Below the pieces are notes generated by a model, which was not told where the DNA came from, made no database searches, and saw only the letters and a list, made by a program, of their open reading frames with translations. DNA of 64,000 nucleotides from an uncultured Candidatus Saccharibacteria bacterium (GTDB lineage: Bacteria; Patescibacteriota; Minisyncoccia; Phycocordibacterales; UBA9973). Location of the stretch: assembly GCA_964432275.1 (NCBI GenBank), contig CAYSMH010000003.1:6718-70717 (forward strand), read 5' to 3'. Positions 8,772 through 18,557 of the stretch are shown here, one piece after another. Each line of letters begins with the position of its first letter. Within the stretch, counting starts at the first letter, position 1. Position numbers and translations under genes: made by a program.

Positions 8772-10424
8772 ATGAATAATGAGTATTCAAAAATAAAATA
8801 CTTCACTTACGCTCGCAAGTCGCAGGAGGGTGAGGAAAAACAAGTGCAATCAATCCCCGATCAATTGCGCGAGGCTGATGTTGTTGCAAAGCGCTATAAC
8901 ATAAAAGTTGTAGATGTTCTGACCGAAGAAGGTTCTGCAAAAGAGCCTGGCAAGCGCCCCATCTTTGAGGAGATGCTTGAGCGTATTAAAAATGGTGAGG
9001 CAAATGGAATTATTTGTTGGAACCTCAATCGTCTCTCTCGAAACCCAGTCGACAGCGGCAAGCTCCAATGGATGCTCCAACAAGGGCATATCCAATCAAT
9101 ACTCACACCGTCGCGGGAATACAAGCCCAATGACAATGCAATTATTTTTAGTGTGGAAAGTGGTGGCGCAAACCAATTTATTCTTGACCTCAAGGTTGGA
9201 GTAAATCGAGGACTCACAAGTAAGGTGAAGAAGGGGCAGGCGCCTGTCCGCGCACCGCTTGGGTACTTAAATACCAAGCACGAAGCTCGAGGTGAAAACT
9301 ACATTATCAAAGACCCTGAACGATTCGATCTTGTCAAAAAAACATGGACGCTGATGCTCACTGGTGAATACTCTATTCCCAAGCTTCTCAAAATTGTAAA
9401 CGATGATTGGGGTATGCGTACGCGCAAGTTCAAACATCATGGCGGTGGACCGATCAACAAAAGCACGATGTACAACATCTTTACCAATATTTTCTATACT
9501 GGTCTCTTTTTGTATCGAGGAGAAATAAGCAATGGTGTACACGAACCCATGATCACACTCGAGGAGTTTGATAAGGTACAGGTGTTACTTGGCCGATACG
9601 GGCGACCACGATCCAAGACCCATTCATTTGCCTATACGGGCACCATGGTATGTGCAGAATGCGGCAGCGGCATCACTGCGTGCGAAAAGACGAAGTTAGT
9701 GAAAGCTACTGGAAAACTCAAGAGTTACACCTTCTATTACTGTTCCCATCGCAAGAATGGGGTGAAAAACAAGTGTACCCAACGAGCGTACATCCCTTTG
9801 GAAACGATGGAAGAAATGATAAAGGCAGAGATCGATAAGTATACGATTTCTGAAAAGTTCCGTGATTGGGCTCTCCGTATTCTCCAAGAAGAGCACTCAG
9901 AGGAGGCCAAGGAACGTGAGGCGATCTACAGCTCCCAACTGGCCTCCCTTGAGGGTACCCAAAGGGAGCTAGATGCGCTTATAACGATGCGTATGCGTGA
10001 TTTCATAAATGATGAGCAATACGTATCACGAAAGAAAGGCCTCACGGATAAAATCGTCATTCTGACACAGAAAGTCACCCAAACGCAGAAACGAGCACAC
10101 AACTGGATGGAACACACTGAAGAGGCCTTTAACTTTGCTCATACAGCAAAGGCAAGGTTTGATAACCCTAAAACAACCCTAGATGAGAAAAAATCCATCT
10201 TTATGTCCCTCGGTTGGAACTACGAGGTGAAAGACGAAAAACTCTTTATAAATCAGTGTAAGTACCTAGAACCAATAGCAGAAAAACGAAAAGCCGTTGA
10301 AAGTGAAATAAGTCGGTTGGAACTGGGAAAAACCTTTGCCTTAAAAGGACAAAACACCCATTTAGGGGTGTCTTGTCCAGTTCTGCGCGAACGACGGGAC
10401 TTGAACCCGCAACCTCCCGCGTGA
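8772..10424 (+). CDS. Large serine recombinase (resolvase/invertase N-terminal domain, recombinase domain, zinc ribbon)
   Basis: Catalytic YARKS serine motif, SRN motif, a Cys cluster CAECGSG...YYCSHRKNG, and a coiled-coil C-terminal region. The last 39 nt overlap the convergent tRNA-Asp. Confidence 0.85.
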   Translation: MNNEYSKIKYFTYARKSQEGEEKQVQSIPDQLREADVVAKRYNIKVVDVLTEEGSAKEPGKRPIFEEMLERIKNGEANGIICWNLNRLSRNPVDSGKLQWMLQQGHIQSILTPSREYKPNDNAIIFSVESGGANQFILDLKVGVNRGLTSKVKKGQAPVRAPLGYLNTKHEARGENYIIKDPERFDLVKKTWTLMLTGEYSIPKLLKIVNDDWGMRTRKFKHHGGGPINKSTMYNIFTNIFYTGLFLYRGEISNGVHEPMITLEEFDKVQVLLGRYGRPRSKTHSFAYTGTMVCAECGSGITACEKTKLVKATGKLKSYTFYYCSHRKNGVKNKCTQRAYIPLETMEEMIKAEIDKYTISEKFRDWALRILQEEHSEEAKEREAIYSSQLASLEGTQRELDALITMRMRDFINDEQYVSRKKGLTDKIVILTQKVTQTQKRAHNWMEHTEEAFNFAHTAKARFDNPKTTLDEKKSIFMSLGWNYEVKDEKLFINQCKYLEPIAEKRKAVESEISRLELGKTFALKGQNTHLGVSCPVLRERRDLNPQPPA

Positions 10425-10459
10425 CAGGCGGGTGCTCTAACCAGTTGAGCTACGTCCGC
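10386..10459 (-). tRNA. tRNA-Asp (anticodon GTC)
   Basis: The reverse complement folds as GCGGACG acceptor, D-arm GCTC/GAGC, anticodon stem CCCGC/GCGGG with loop CTGTCAC, and T-arm GCGGG-TTCAAGT-CCCGT. Confidence 0.85.
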
Positions 10460-10487
10460 AAATTGTTAACAAAGCCTTTCGGCCGGG

Positions 10488-10561
10488 TGTCGACGGGTGG
10501 GCACGATCCACCGACCTTAGCGTTATGAATGCTACGCTCTAACCAGCTGAGCTACGCCGAC
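10488..10561 (-). tRNA. tRNA with CAT anticodon (elongator Met or Ile2/lysidine type), atypical T-loop
   Basis: The reverse complement has acceptor GTCGGCG/CGTCGAC, D-arm GCTC-AGCTGGTTA-GAGC and anticodon loop TTCATAA. The T-arm GGTGG-ATCGTGC-CCACC is non-canonical and there is an A31-C39 mismatch. Confidence 0.6.
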
Positions 10562-10634
10562 AATCTTGCAATGACAGGGCTCAAAAAATATAGCATATAT
10601 CCACGAAAATTCAACACGTGCTATACTGTCAGTA

Positions 10635-11492
10635 ATGAAAAAGTATGGTCTAATAATCGCGCTAACTATTATAGTACTTCCGGTATGTGCCTTTGCAGCG
10701 CCTCGTACACCTGCGCCAACACTGAGCGCAAAAGGTGTTGCGATATATGGATGGAATGAAGGTGATACTGAACCAACACCGTTGTATTTGAAAAATGAAC
10801 ATCGACTATATCCGATCGCAAGCCTCACAAAGCTTGTGACTGCAAAGGTTGCAGAAGAGTTGTACGATAAGGAAACAATATTTACGCTTTCTAAAAAGGC
10901 GATATCTACGTACGGTATTACCAATGGGATGTATGTCGGTGCACAGTTTACTCGAGATGATTTACTCAAAGCGCTTTTGGTAAATTCTAGCAACGATGCC
11001 GCAGCTGCGCTCATGGAACGAGTAGGGACAAAGACATTTTTGGAAAAAATGAATAATGTGTTGCATACCAACAAATATACGATGACATCATTTGTAAACC
11101 CGTCAGGTCTCGATCCGGTGCAAAAAAGTATAAAACCAAATCGGATGACACCATATCACCTAACCCGGTTACTCAACGATATCTACCGTTCAGACCCGCT
11201 TCTTGTGGATCTTATGTCCAAAGACGCTGTAGAGATAACCAACCTCAAGACCAATACAACTGCGCTACTGAAGCAAACCAATATTTTGTATCGAGATGAA
11301 GCATACAAAGATAAAATACTGATGAGTAAGACCGGACTTACCAACCTTGCAGGTCAAAACGTTGCCTTTATTTCTCCTGGTACTGATGAGTATGAGTACG
11401 TATCTGTAGTGATCCTCGGCTCCAAGAGTAGGGCAACAGACTCACGCAAAGTGATCGATTGGCTCACTAGTGACCAAAACTTCGGGGGATAG
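10635..11492 (+). CDS. Serine-type D-Ala-D-Ala carboxypeptidase (peptidase S11 / class A PBP-like), secreted
   Basis: Signal peptide, then SxxK (SLTK), SxN (SSN) and KTG motifs in canonical order. Confidence 0.75.
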   Translation: MKKYGLIIALTIIVLPVCAFAAPRTPAPTLSAKGVAIYGWNEGDTEPTPLYLKNEHRLYPIASLTKLVTAKVAEELYDKETIFTLSKKAISTYGITNGMYVGAQFTRDDLLKALLVNSSNDAAAALMERVGTKTFLEKMNNVLHTNKYTMTSFVNPSGLDPVQKSIKPNRMTPYHLTRLLNDIYRSDPLLVDLMSKDAVEITNLKTNTTALLKQTNILYRDEAYKDKILMSKTGLTNLAGQNVAFISPGTDEYEYVSVVILGSKSRATDSRKVIDWLTSDQNFGG

Positions 11493-11595
11493 TTGACATA
11501 TAAACCAAAGGGTGTTATCATAGCTCATTACTCATTTTGTGTTATAGGACTTCGCTGTCTGGATGACACGAAGAAATTAATTAAATAACACAATA

Positions 11596-13029
11596 ATGGA
11601 ACCTAACATTTCGCGTCCACGTGGACGCTCAACAACCCCTCGTCGTACTAGTTCATCAGATACTGCACGACCATTTACCAAACGAGCACCTCGCACAAGT
11701 GGTGGCTTTTCCCCTGGGAAAATCATAACCTCTATTGGTTCTGGTACTCGCTATGAAGGCAAGAAACCAAGCTATCCAAGTCGAGGGTCTGACTTTGGCG
11801 CAAGTCGTCCAAGTTTTGGAGGATCTTCTCGTGGAGGCTACGGTGCTAGTCGGGGCGGATATGGTGGAGGAAGTAGAGGGGGCTTTGGAGGTAGTCGCGG
11901 CGGAGGTCGTCGTGGGCCAAAGGCTGATTTCATCGATGAGAACCGATTCATCAACAAAGCAGCAAAGATCGAAGACGAAGTAGTATACACACCGACACAC
12001 ACATTTTCTGATTTCAATATTCACGAAACACTCGGTAAAAACCTTGCCAAAAAGAATTTCGTACACCCATCTCCTATCCAAGATCAAGCTATTCCGGTAG
12101 CACTTGAAGGTAAAGACATCATCGGTATTGCAGCAACAGGTACTGGTAAGACTGCTGCATTCCTGATCCCTATCATCAACAAGTTCGTAGATGATCGTAT
12201 GCACCAAGCAATGGTGCTTGCGCCGACTCGCGAGCTCGCACAACAAATCGAAGAAGAGTTCCGACTCTTTACGGTTGGTATGCGACTCTACTCAGTATCT
12301 GCAGTTGGGGGTCTTCCGATCACCAAGCAGATCCGTGAGATCGATCAGGGTGTACACATCGTGATTGGTACACCGGGTCGCGTCAAAGATTTGATCGAAC
12401 GAGGCAAGCTCAAACCTGCTGACTTCAACACGATCGTGCTCGATGAAGCAGATCGCATGCTCGACATGGGATTTGTGGATGATATGCGGCAGATTCTCGG
12501 TGCAATGCCGGAGTCCAAGCAATCAATGTTTTTCTCTGCCACATTCTCACCAGAGATCAAGCGTCTTTGTTCAGATTTTCTTCGTGATCCAGTCACTATC
12601 TCGCTCAAAACTCGTGATACCTCTGCAAGTGTTGACCAAGATATTGTGCGTGTACCACGCGGCACTGAAAAAATCGAAGTACTTCATGACCTTCTCAACA
12701 AAGAAGATTTCAAAAAGGTGTTGATCTTCCGCGAAACCAAGCGCAACACTGACGAACTCGCACGAGATCTCAAGAAGCGTGGCTTTGCAGCAATGCCGCT
12801 CCACGGTGACATGAGAAGTCGTGAACGTATGCGTACCGTCGAATCATTCTCAAAAGGAATGACCAAAATTGTGGTAGCAACTGACGTTGCAGCTCGTGGT
12901 ATCGATATCCCTGATATCACACATGTGATCAACTACGATGTGCCATCAACATATGACACCTACGTACACCGTATCGGCCGAACAGGTCGCGGTAACAAAA
13001 AGGGAGTAGCACTTACGTTCGTTCGATAA
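11596..13029 (+). CDS. DEAD-box ATP-dependent RNA helicase with N-terminal RGG/Gly-Arg-rich low-complexity region
   Basis: Q-motif, AxTGTGKT (Walker A), DEAD (VLDEADRMLDMGF), SAT and HRIGRTGR motifs. Confidence 0.9.
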   Translation: MEPNISRPRGRSTTPRRTSSSDTARPFTKRAPRTSGGFSPGKIITSIGSGTRYEGKKPSYPSRGSDFGASRPSFGGSSRGGYGASRGGYGGGSRGGFGGSRGGGRRGPKADFIDENRFINKAAKIEDEVVYTPTHTFSDFNIHETLGKNLAKKNFVHPSPIQDQAIPVALEGKDIIGIAATGTGKTAAFLIPIINKFVDDRMHQAMVLAPTRELAQQIEEEFRLFTVGMRLYSVSAVGGLPITKQIREIDQGVHIVIGTPGRVKDLIERGKLKPADFNTIVLDEADRMLDMGFVDDMRQILGAMPESKQSMFFSATFSPEIKRLCSDFLRDPVTISLKTRDTSASVDQDIVRVPRGTEKIEVLHDLLNKEDFKKVLIFRETKRNTDELARDLKKRGFAAMPLHGDMRSRERMRTVESFSKGMTKIVVATDVAARGIDIPDITHVINYDVPSTYDTYVHRIGRTGRGNKKGVALTFVR

Positions 13030-13065
13030 TTGAAAAAACACTATTTTGTGATATCTTTGATAAGA

Positions 13066-13140
13066 CTTTATCCGTTGAAAAGGCCTACTTGGTTTTGATT
13101 GTTGTCCCAAAGAGTAGGCCGTACGGATAAAGTTATTTTT
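13066..13140 (+). terminator. Long imperfect hairpin plus T-run after the helicase gene
   Basis: CTTTATCCG...AAGGCCTACT / AGTAGGCC...GTACGGATAAAG followed by TTATTTTT. Confidence 0.5.
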
Positions 13141-13216
13141 GCCGTTATAGCTCAGCTGGTAGAGCACTCCATTGGTAATGGGGAGGTCATCGGTTCAAAC
13201 CCGATTAACGGCTCCA
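13141..13216 (+). tRNA. tRNA-Thr (anticodon GGT), CCA encoded
   Basis: Acceptor GCCGTTA/TAACGGC, anticodon stem CTCCA/TGGGG with loop TTGGTAA, T-arm ATCGG-TTCAAAC-CCGAT, 3' TCCA. Confidence 0.85.
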
Positions 13217-13256
13217 AATAAAAAGAGATTATCTTTCGATAATCTCTGTAATCAAT

Positions 13257-14336
13257 TTACTGCGCAACTTTTCGGAACATGTTGCTTCTCATCCAATCAC
13301 GATCAATGAGTGTCCGCGGGCCTGTTTTTACAATTCCAACAGGGATACCTGTCCAGTCTTCAAGACGTTCGATGAAATCCTCTATCTTTGAACTCAATGT
13401 TTCTTGTTCATAGACAGAGTGGTCAATGTGATCAAGGAATGTCAGCGCGATCTCGCTCGGAGCATTTATCTCGCATGCTCTCTTGATGCCTTGCCAGCTA
13501 AATGTTGCAACTCGACGAACAGTCTTGGTAACTGATGTTTTTTCAGTAATGTCATGTGGTGCACCAGAAAATTTCCTGACGTACTCCCAGTCCACCTCTT
13601 CTGAATCATCATCAAATGGCCCACTGTTACCACCAACACGGATGGGAAATGTACGAGCAACACCGATCGGTCTCACATCGTACGCATGTCCAGGCAATCC
13701 TGCTTCTGCGAGTAATGATGTCACGGTGGCATCTCGGCTTGTCGTATAAGGGAATGTCCCATGAAAGAGGCTTAGTCCAAATCCTTGCGTTCCTTCCAGT
13801 ACAATGACTCCACCTTCATGTAATTCTCTCAGCATAAGGGGAATCGTGTCGGAAATGTAGTCTTTGAGCTCTGGAACATCTTTTGCAAACATACATCGAG
13901 GATCTCGCATGGCCCGGTCTGCAGCAGCTATACCAATACCAAGACCTGCCTTTGCAGAGGTACTTGCAATAGCTGAAGCAAGCCCAGTAGCACGCTCACG
14001 ATCGATCTGGTCTTGAGTAATCACCATCGCATGTGCATCGATGTAGAGCCGGCGTTTGATAGATAACACTTTTTCAATCATTTCAATTTCTGGAAGCAGT
14101 ACATGAAGACTGATCTGTGCACCTTTTCCGATGACGAGCTTTACATGTGGATGTATGCAACCACACGGTATTTGTCGCATGATATACGGTCCTATCGTGT
14201 GGCCCGCATTTGCAGCACCAGTGCGAACAATCATAGATGCTATGGTGCATATATATGCAGCTATTTCTCCTTTGCTTTCTGATCCGAATTGAAGGCCTGT
14301 TACAGGGATAATAGTTCCCAATCTTTCTTTTATCAT
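13257..14336 (-). CDS. Adenylosuccinate synthetase (PurA)-like protein, short form with divergent catalytic loop
   Basis: NAGHT, LEGTQG, TKTVRRV (in place of TTGRRRR) and C-terminal KTGP motifs are collinear with PurA. GDEGKGK is replaced by GSESKGE. Start chosen at MIKERLG; the ORF track extends it to 14393. Confidence 0.7.
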   Translation of the reverse strand: MIKERLGTIIPVTGLQFGSESKGEIAAYICTIASMIVRTGAANAGHTIGPYIMRQIPCGCIHPHVKLVIGKGAQISLHVLLPEIEMIEKVLSIKRRLYIDAHAMVITQDQIDRERATGLASAIASTSAKAGLGIGIAAADRAMRDPRCMFAKDVPELKDYISDTIPLMLRELHEGGVIVLEGTQGFGLSLFHGTFPYTTSRDATVTSLLAEAGLPGHAYDVRPIGVARTFPIRVGGNSGPFDDDSEEVDWEYVRKFSGAPHDITEKTSVTKTVRRVATFSWQGIKRACEINAPSEIALTFLDHIDHSVYEQETLSSKIEDFIERLEDWTGIPVGIVKTGPRTLIDRDWMRSNMFRKVAQ

Positions 14337-14452
14337 ATAATGATCATTTTTCTTAAAACTACTATAAAACGAGCAAGAGTCAAACCTTTGCACTTTCCCA
14401 TTTTCATGCTATAAATAGTGCCTCCTAACGCCCGAAAATGGGCATTTATTTT

Positions 14453-16258
14453 ATGGAAATACGAAACATCGCAATCATCGCACACGTGGACCACGGCAAG
14501 ACAACCCTTACTGACAAAATGCTCGCATTTTGCGGCATTGTGCTCGATGGTGCATCTATGGACTCCAACGCACTTGAACAAGAGCGCGGCATCACTATCT
14601 ATGCGAAAAACACGGCAGTCATGTACAAAGGTACCAAGATCAACATCGTCGACACTCCAGGTCACGCCGACTTTGGATCTGAAGTAGAGCGTGTGTTGCG
14701 AAGTATCGACTCAGTGCTCCTGATCGTCGATGCTCAAGAAGGCCCAATGCCACAAACACGTTTCGTATTGAAAAAATCTCTTGAGCTCGGGCTCAAGCCA
14801 ATCGTCGTGATCAACAAGATCGACAAACCAGGTGCAGACTGTGCACATACTCATGATGCAGTGTTTGAGCTCTTTATGGAGCTCGGTGCTAGTGATGAAC
14901 AACTCGACTTCACCACTGTGTATGCTATTGGTCGTGAAGGTGTCGCAATGAAAAATGAAACTGACGAACGCAAAGATCTTGAACCACTCTTTGAGACAAT
15001 ACTTGAAAAGGTACCGGTTGCACTTAACGACACTACCAAGCAGTTTCGTATGCAGGCGTTCAACCTTGCGTATGACAACTTCCTCGGACGTCTTGCTGCA
15101 GGACGTGTGTATGAAGGTGTCGCAAAAGCAGGAGATACTGTCTATATCAAAACTGATGGACGTGAGACGCGTACAGCAAAGATCGTCAAACTCTTTACAT
15201 TCATGGGAATGAAGCGTGAAGAAGTGTCTGAAGCAGTAGCAGGAGACATTGTCATGATCGCAGGTATCCCTGACATTTTTATTGGAGAGACTATCTCTAC
15301 TAACAAAGATGCGGAGCTTCTCCCTGCTATCACTATCGATGAGCCGACTATCGTGCTTGACTTCTTGGTCAACAACTCTCCATTTGCTGGAAAAGAAGGA
15401 AAATTTGTCACTTCTCGCCAGATCCGTGAACGACTTGAGCGTGAGCTTGAGACCAACGTCGGACTCAAAGTAAATTTTGATGCAAACCCTGATCGTATTG
15501 CTGAAGGCTTCACTGTCTATGGTCGCGGAGAAATGCACATCGCAGTATTGCTCGAGACTATGCGCCGTGAAGGATATGAAATCCAAGTATCACAGCCACA
15601 AGTTATCATCAAAGAAATCGATGGCGTGAAGAGTGAGCCGTTCGAAGAAGTCACTATCGATGCACCCGCAGAACACCAAGGCGTCATTATCGAGAAGCTC
15701 GGGATGCGAGGATTTATCATGGGCGACATGAATTTGAAAAATAACACCGTCCGTATGGTCTTTACTGGACCTACTCGTGGACTCCTCGGCTACCGCAACC
15801 AGTTCCTCGTAGACACCAAAGGTGAGGGTATTATGAGTGCTCGTGTGCTCGGGTTCCGTCCATACGCAGGCGAGATCACTCGTCGCCAGGTAGGTAGTAT
15901 GATCAGTATGGAGAATGGCAAGGCGCTCGCATTTGCACTCTGGGGTCTCCAAGACCGCGGTACCCTCTATATCGGTCCCCAGACAGAAGTCTACGAAGGT
16001 ATGGTGATCGGCAACACTAGTAAAGGTGAAGAAATGAAAGTAAACCCTACGAAAGGGAAACAGCTCACCAACATGCGTGCATCAGGTACTGATGAAGCGG
16101 TGACGATTATTCCACCGTGGACAATGACGATAGAGCGTGGGCTCGAAGTCATGGTAGATGATGAATTCCTAGAAGTGACACCGCTATCTGTACGTCTTCG
16201 CAAACAGTATCTCAATGATACTGAACGAACAAAAGCTCGACGACCGAAGAACCAGTAA
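14453..16258 (+). CDS. typA: Translational GTPase TypA/BipA
   Basis: [14 protein letters not shown] and NKID G-motifs, with EF-G-like domains and a BipA-specific C-terminus. Start taken at [18 protein letters not shown]. Confidence 0.85.
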   Translation: MEIRNIAIIAHVDHGKTTLTDKMLAFCGIVLDGASMDSNALEQERGITIYAKNTAVMYKGTKINIVDTPGHADFGSEVERVLRSIDSVLLIVDAQEGPMPQTRFVLKKSLELGLKPIVVINKIDKPGADCAHTHDAVFELFMELGASDEQLDFTTVYAIGREGVAMKNETDERKDLEPLFETILEKVPVALNDTTKQFRMQAFNLAYDNFLGRLAAGRVYEGVAKAGDTVYIKTDGRETRTAKIVKLFTFMGMKREEVSEAVAGDIVMIAGIPDIFIGETISTNKDAELLPAITIDEPTIVLDFLVNNSPFAGKEGKFVTSRQIRERLERELETNVGLKVNFDANPDRIAEGFTVYGRGEMHIAVLLETMRREGYEIQVSQPQVIIKEIDGVKSEPFEEVTIDAPAEHQGVIIEKLGMRGFIMGDMNLKNNTVRMVFTGPTRGLLGYRNQFLVDTKGEGIMSARVLGFRPYAGEITRRQVGSMISMENGKALAFALWGLQDRGTLYIGPQTEVYEGMVIGNTSKGEEMKVNPTKGKQLTNMRASGTDEAVTIIPPWTMTIERGLEVMVDDEFLEVTPLSVRLRKQYLNDTERTKARRPKNQ

Positions 16259-16261
16259 ATA

Positions 16262-16300
16262 AAAAAGCCCTCAAGATAGTAGTCTTGGGGGACTTTATTT
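16262..16300. terminator. Bidirectional rho-independent terminator (CCCTCAAGA/TCTTGGGGG)
   Basis: Hairpin between convergent genes, flanked by A and T runs. Confidence 0.5.
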
Positions 16301-16626
16301 TATGGCAAGATCCATTTTTTGCCTTTAAGAAAATAGTTATACTGATTATCTCCTAGAGTGACTGTTAGGTAATGACTATAAGCACTCAGTGAAGGCGCGG
16401 GATCTAGGGAGTAGGTACAAACTATGTTATGTTCAGCAGCAAAATTATCTACAACCACAGTTGCTGGTAAGGAACCGTAGTTGAGTTTATTGAGTAACTG
16501 CACAGATTCTTTCTTTGAATCCCTAATCTTTTTAAAGATAAGAAAAAGGAGATAAAATCCTATACATAGGAATGCCCAAAATAATAGGTTACTAAAGATT
16601 TTCATGATTTTTGTTTTTTGCAACAT
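16300..16626 (-). CDS. Small membrane-anchored hypothetical protein
   Basis: N-terminal TM segment. Weak support. Confidence 0.3.
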   Translation of the reverse strand: MLQKTKIMKIFSNLLFWAFLCIGFYLLFLIFKKIRDSKKESVQLLNKLNYGSLPATVVVDNFAAEHNIVCTYSLDPAPSLSAYSHYLTVTLGDNQYNYFLKGKKWILP

Positions 16627-16655
16627 TACAACTTTTCTGATAGAATGTCAACCAC

Positions 16656-17363
16656 ATGAACGAAAAGCGACTCAAAGAATTTTGGGATAAGGAATACAAG
16701 GATCCGGGGATGTTTGCACTCTCTGATGAAGTGTCTACAGACCTCGTCAAATGCGTCCGATGGATGATGAAGGAATACGGCAAGGATGTATTTCGTCCCG
16801 ATGTTACGGTACTGGATGCGGGGTGTGGCAACGGTCGCAACGTGCTGTGGCTCAACGACATGTTTCGCGTATATGGGTACGGCTACGACATTTCAGGGGA
16901 AGCTATCGCTCAAGCGCAAAAGCAGGCAGACAAACAACAGTGGGGTAGCAAGCTTACATTTTCTGTGCGATCGCTCGATGAGCTTATTCCTCTTGAAAAT
17001 GAGTCTGTAGATCTGGTGATCGATGCAATGTCGTCACACTTTTTAAAAAACGTAGAACGTGCGAGATTTATCTCAGAAGTTGCACGAGTGCTGAAACCGC
17101 AAGGACTATTATTTTTCAAATCATTTTACGCAGAGCGCGATAGCCATACCAAAGAGCTACTTGAGAAACATGGTGCTGGTGAAGAAAACGCATACATTCA
17201 CCCCAAGCTCAAAGTGTACGAGTACGTTTGGACCGATGCGGCACTTGCAGCATCGTTTGATGAACAGTTTATATTGATGAAGAAAGAGCTCTCAGGCAAG
17301 CACCATATCAAAGGCAAACCTGCCAAGCGGCGCTCTGTCGTGTGTTATTTTGAAAAAAAATAA
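16656..17363 (+). CDS. Class I SAM-dependent methyltransferase
   Basis: Motif I VLDAGCGNGRN and a D/E acidic loop. Confidence 0.65.
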   Translation: MNEKRLKEFWDKEYKDPGMFALSDEVSTDLVKCVRWMMKEYGKDVFRPDVTVLDAGCGNGRNVLWLNDMFRVYGYGYDISGEAIAQAQKQADKQQWGSKLTFSVRSLDELIPLENESVDLVIDAMSSHFLKNVERARFISEVARVLKPQGLLFFKSFYAERDSHTKELLEKHGAGEENAYIHPKLKVYEYVWTDAALAASFDEQFILMKKELSGKHHIKGKPAKRRSVVCYFEKK

Positions 17364-17389
17364 TAGCAAATCTAGGCTATACTATAGAA

Positions 17390-18556
17390 ATGAAAGTGCG
17401 ACCCAATGTTTCGCTACCACCTAAACCTCGAGGGCTGCTTATTTATGATGCCGATCGAGAACTCGATACGACACATCCATTGTGGAACGAAATCATGCTC
17501 TACTCAGAACGTCTCGAAGAAGTGCATGTGTTGGTATGTATAAAAAAGTTTCCACAAAAGGCAACCCGTGTAGTACATCTCAATACCAATACGTTCGTAT
17601 ATTATTTACCGAGTAGATGGTTGCTCTTGCGTCTCGGTACTATCCTACCACTCATTCGTTACAACATGGTTTGGAACAAGATGTTTCGTCCGCAATTTAT
17701 TCTCAACCATTCAACTCATAGTGGTGCAATACTCGGGTTTTTCCTTTCTTTGCGATATCGAATTCCGTATGTTGTGTCAACGACTGGAGGCTTTCTCGAA
17801 GCTCCTATTCTTTCGCGTGAATTTCTCTTGCACTATGCGCTCATGCGCTGCGCACAGCAAATACTTGTTCCAGGAGAGAAGACTGCACACGACCTATCAG
17901 CACATACTGGAGTACCGAGTACTCGTATTAGTGTAGTACCACCTGCCGTAGATCTTTCATTTTTGGGACAAAAGGTTGATGCAGTAAGTTTTGCAAAACA
18001 GTATCCTTTTCACAACTTCTTTTTAATTACTCAAACATCAATCGGACATCGGCGAGATATCATGTTTCTTATGCGAGTGTTTCGGCGAGTATTGTCCAAG
18101 TACCCCAAAACAGCGCTTATTATTGTTGTTCCCCGATCACAGGTTGCAGTAGTATCCCACATTGTTGGTGGTCGTCATGCCGCAAGTGTATATGTGTACC
18201 CACAAGGCGATGAGATTGCGCAGATGATTGCTGGTGCACATGTTTATCTTGCTACTTCAGAAACACAAGAAACAGTACTTCCTATAGTACGAGCACTGTC
18301 ACTACATATTCCTGTTGTAGCTACGTCAGTAGGTATTGCCAAAGACCTCTTTACGGGGACTCGGTATGCCCAGTGTACGGTAGCGGTAGGAGATGAAGAT
18401 GCGTACACCAAAGCAGTAGTTGACCTGATTGAACACCAGCAACTACGCGATGAGTATCGTCTCAACACGACAACACTTATTGCAACATTTACTCCTCAGA
18501 CGCCATCGGGGTATATTGCCGCAGTCCTTGCTCATGTGGTACAAGAAAAGGCATAG
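17390..18556 (+). CDS. Glycosyltransferase family 1 (GT4-like)
   Basis: C-terminal GT1 fold signature region ([13 protein letters not shown]-x7-E-like). Confidence 0.5.
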   Translation: MKVRPNVSLPPKPRGLLIYDADRELDTTHPLWNEIMLYSERLEEVHVLVCIKKFPQKATRVVHLNTNTFVYYLPSRWLLLRLGTILPLIRYNMVWNKMFRPQFILNHSTHSGAILGFFLSLRYRIPYVVSTTGGFLEAPILSREFLLHYALMRCAQQILVPGEKTAHDLSAHTGVPSTRISVVPPAVDLSFLGQKVDAVSFAKQYPFHNFFLITQTSIGHRRDIMFLMRVFRRVLSKYPKTALIIVVPRSQVAVVSHIVGGRHAASVYVYPQGDEIAQMIAGAHVYLATSETQETVLPIVRALSLHIPVVATSVGIAKDLFTGTRYAQCTVAVGDEDAYTKAVVDLIEHQQLRDEYRLNTTTLIATFTPQTPSGYIAAVLAHVVQEKA

Positions 18557-18557
18557 T

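Larger units (their letters stand above)
1874..10460. mobile_element. Integrative genomic island 1 (AT-rich, tRNA-bounded, with tyrosine integrase, Xis-like HTH and large serine recombinase)
   Basis: GC drops relative to the flanking genes. tRNA genes sit at both ends and the recombinases cluster at the right end abutting tRNA-Asp. The cargo is orphan hypothetical genes. Confidence 0.6.

Noticed and set aside
10532-11074. 180-aa minus-strand ORF overlapping the tRNA-CAT gene and the carboxypeptidase gene
   Set aside because: It is antisense to a well-supported plus-strand PBP-like gene and overlaps a tRNA. There are no motifs; it is spurious.
14711-15586. 291-aa minus-strand ORF opposite typA
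   Set aside because: Antisense to the conserved TypA/BipA coding sequence. It is Cys/Ser-rich low-complexity translation with no motifs.
18429-18557. Upstream start for prfB overlapping the glycosyltransferase gene
   Set aside because: RF2 homology begins at MDKEALT. The extension lies inside the preceding gene in another frame.
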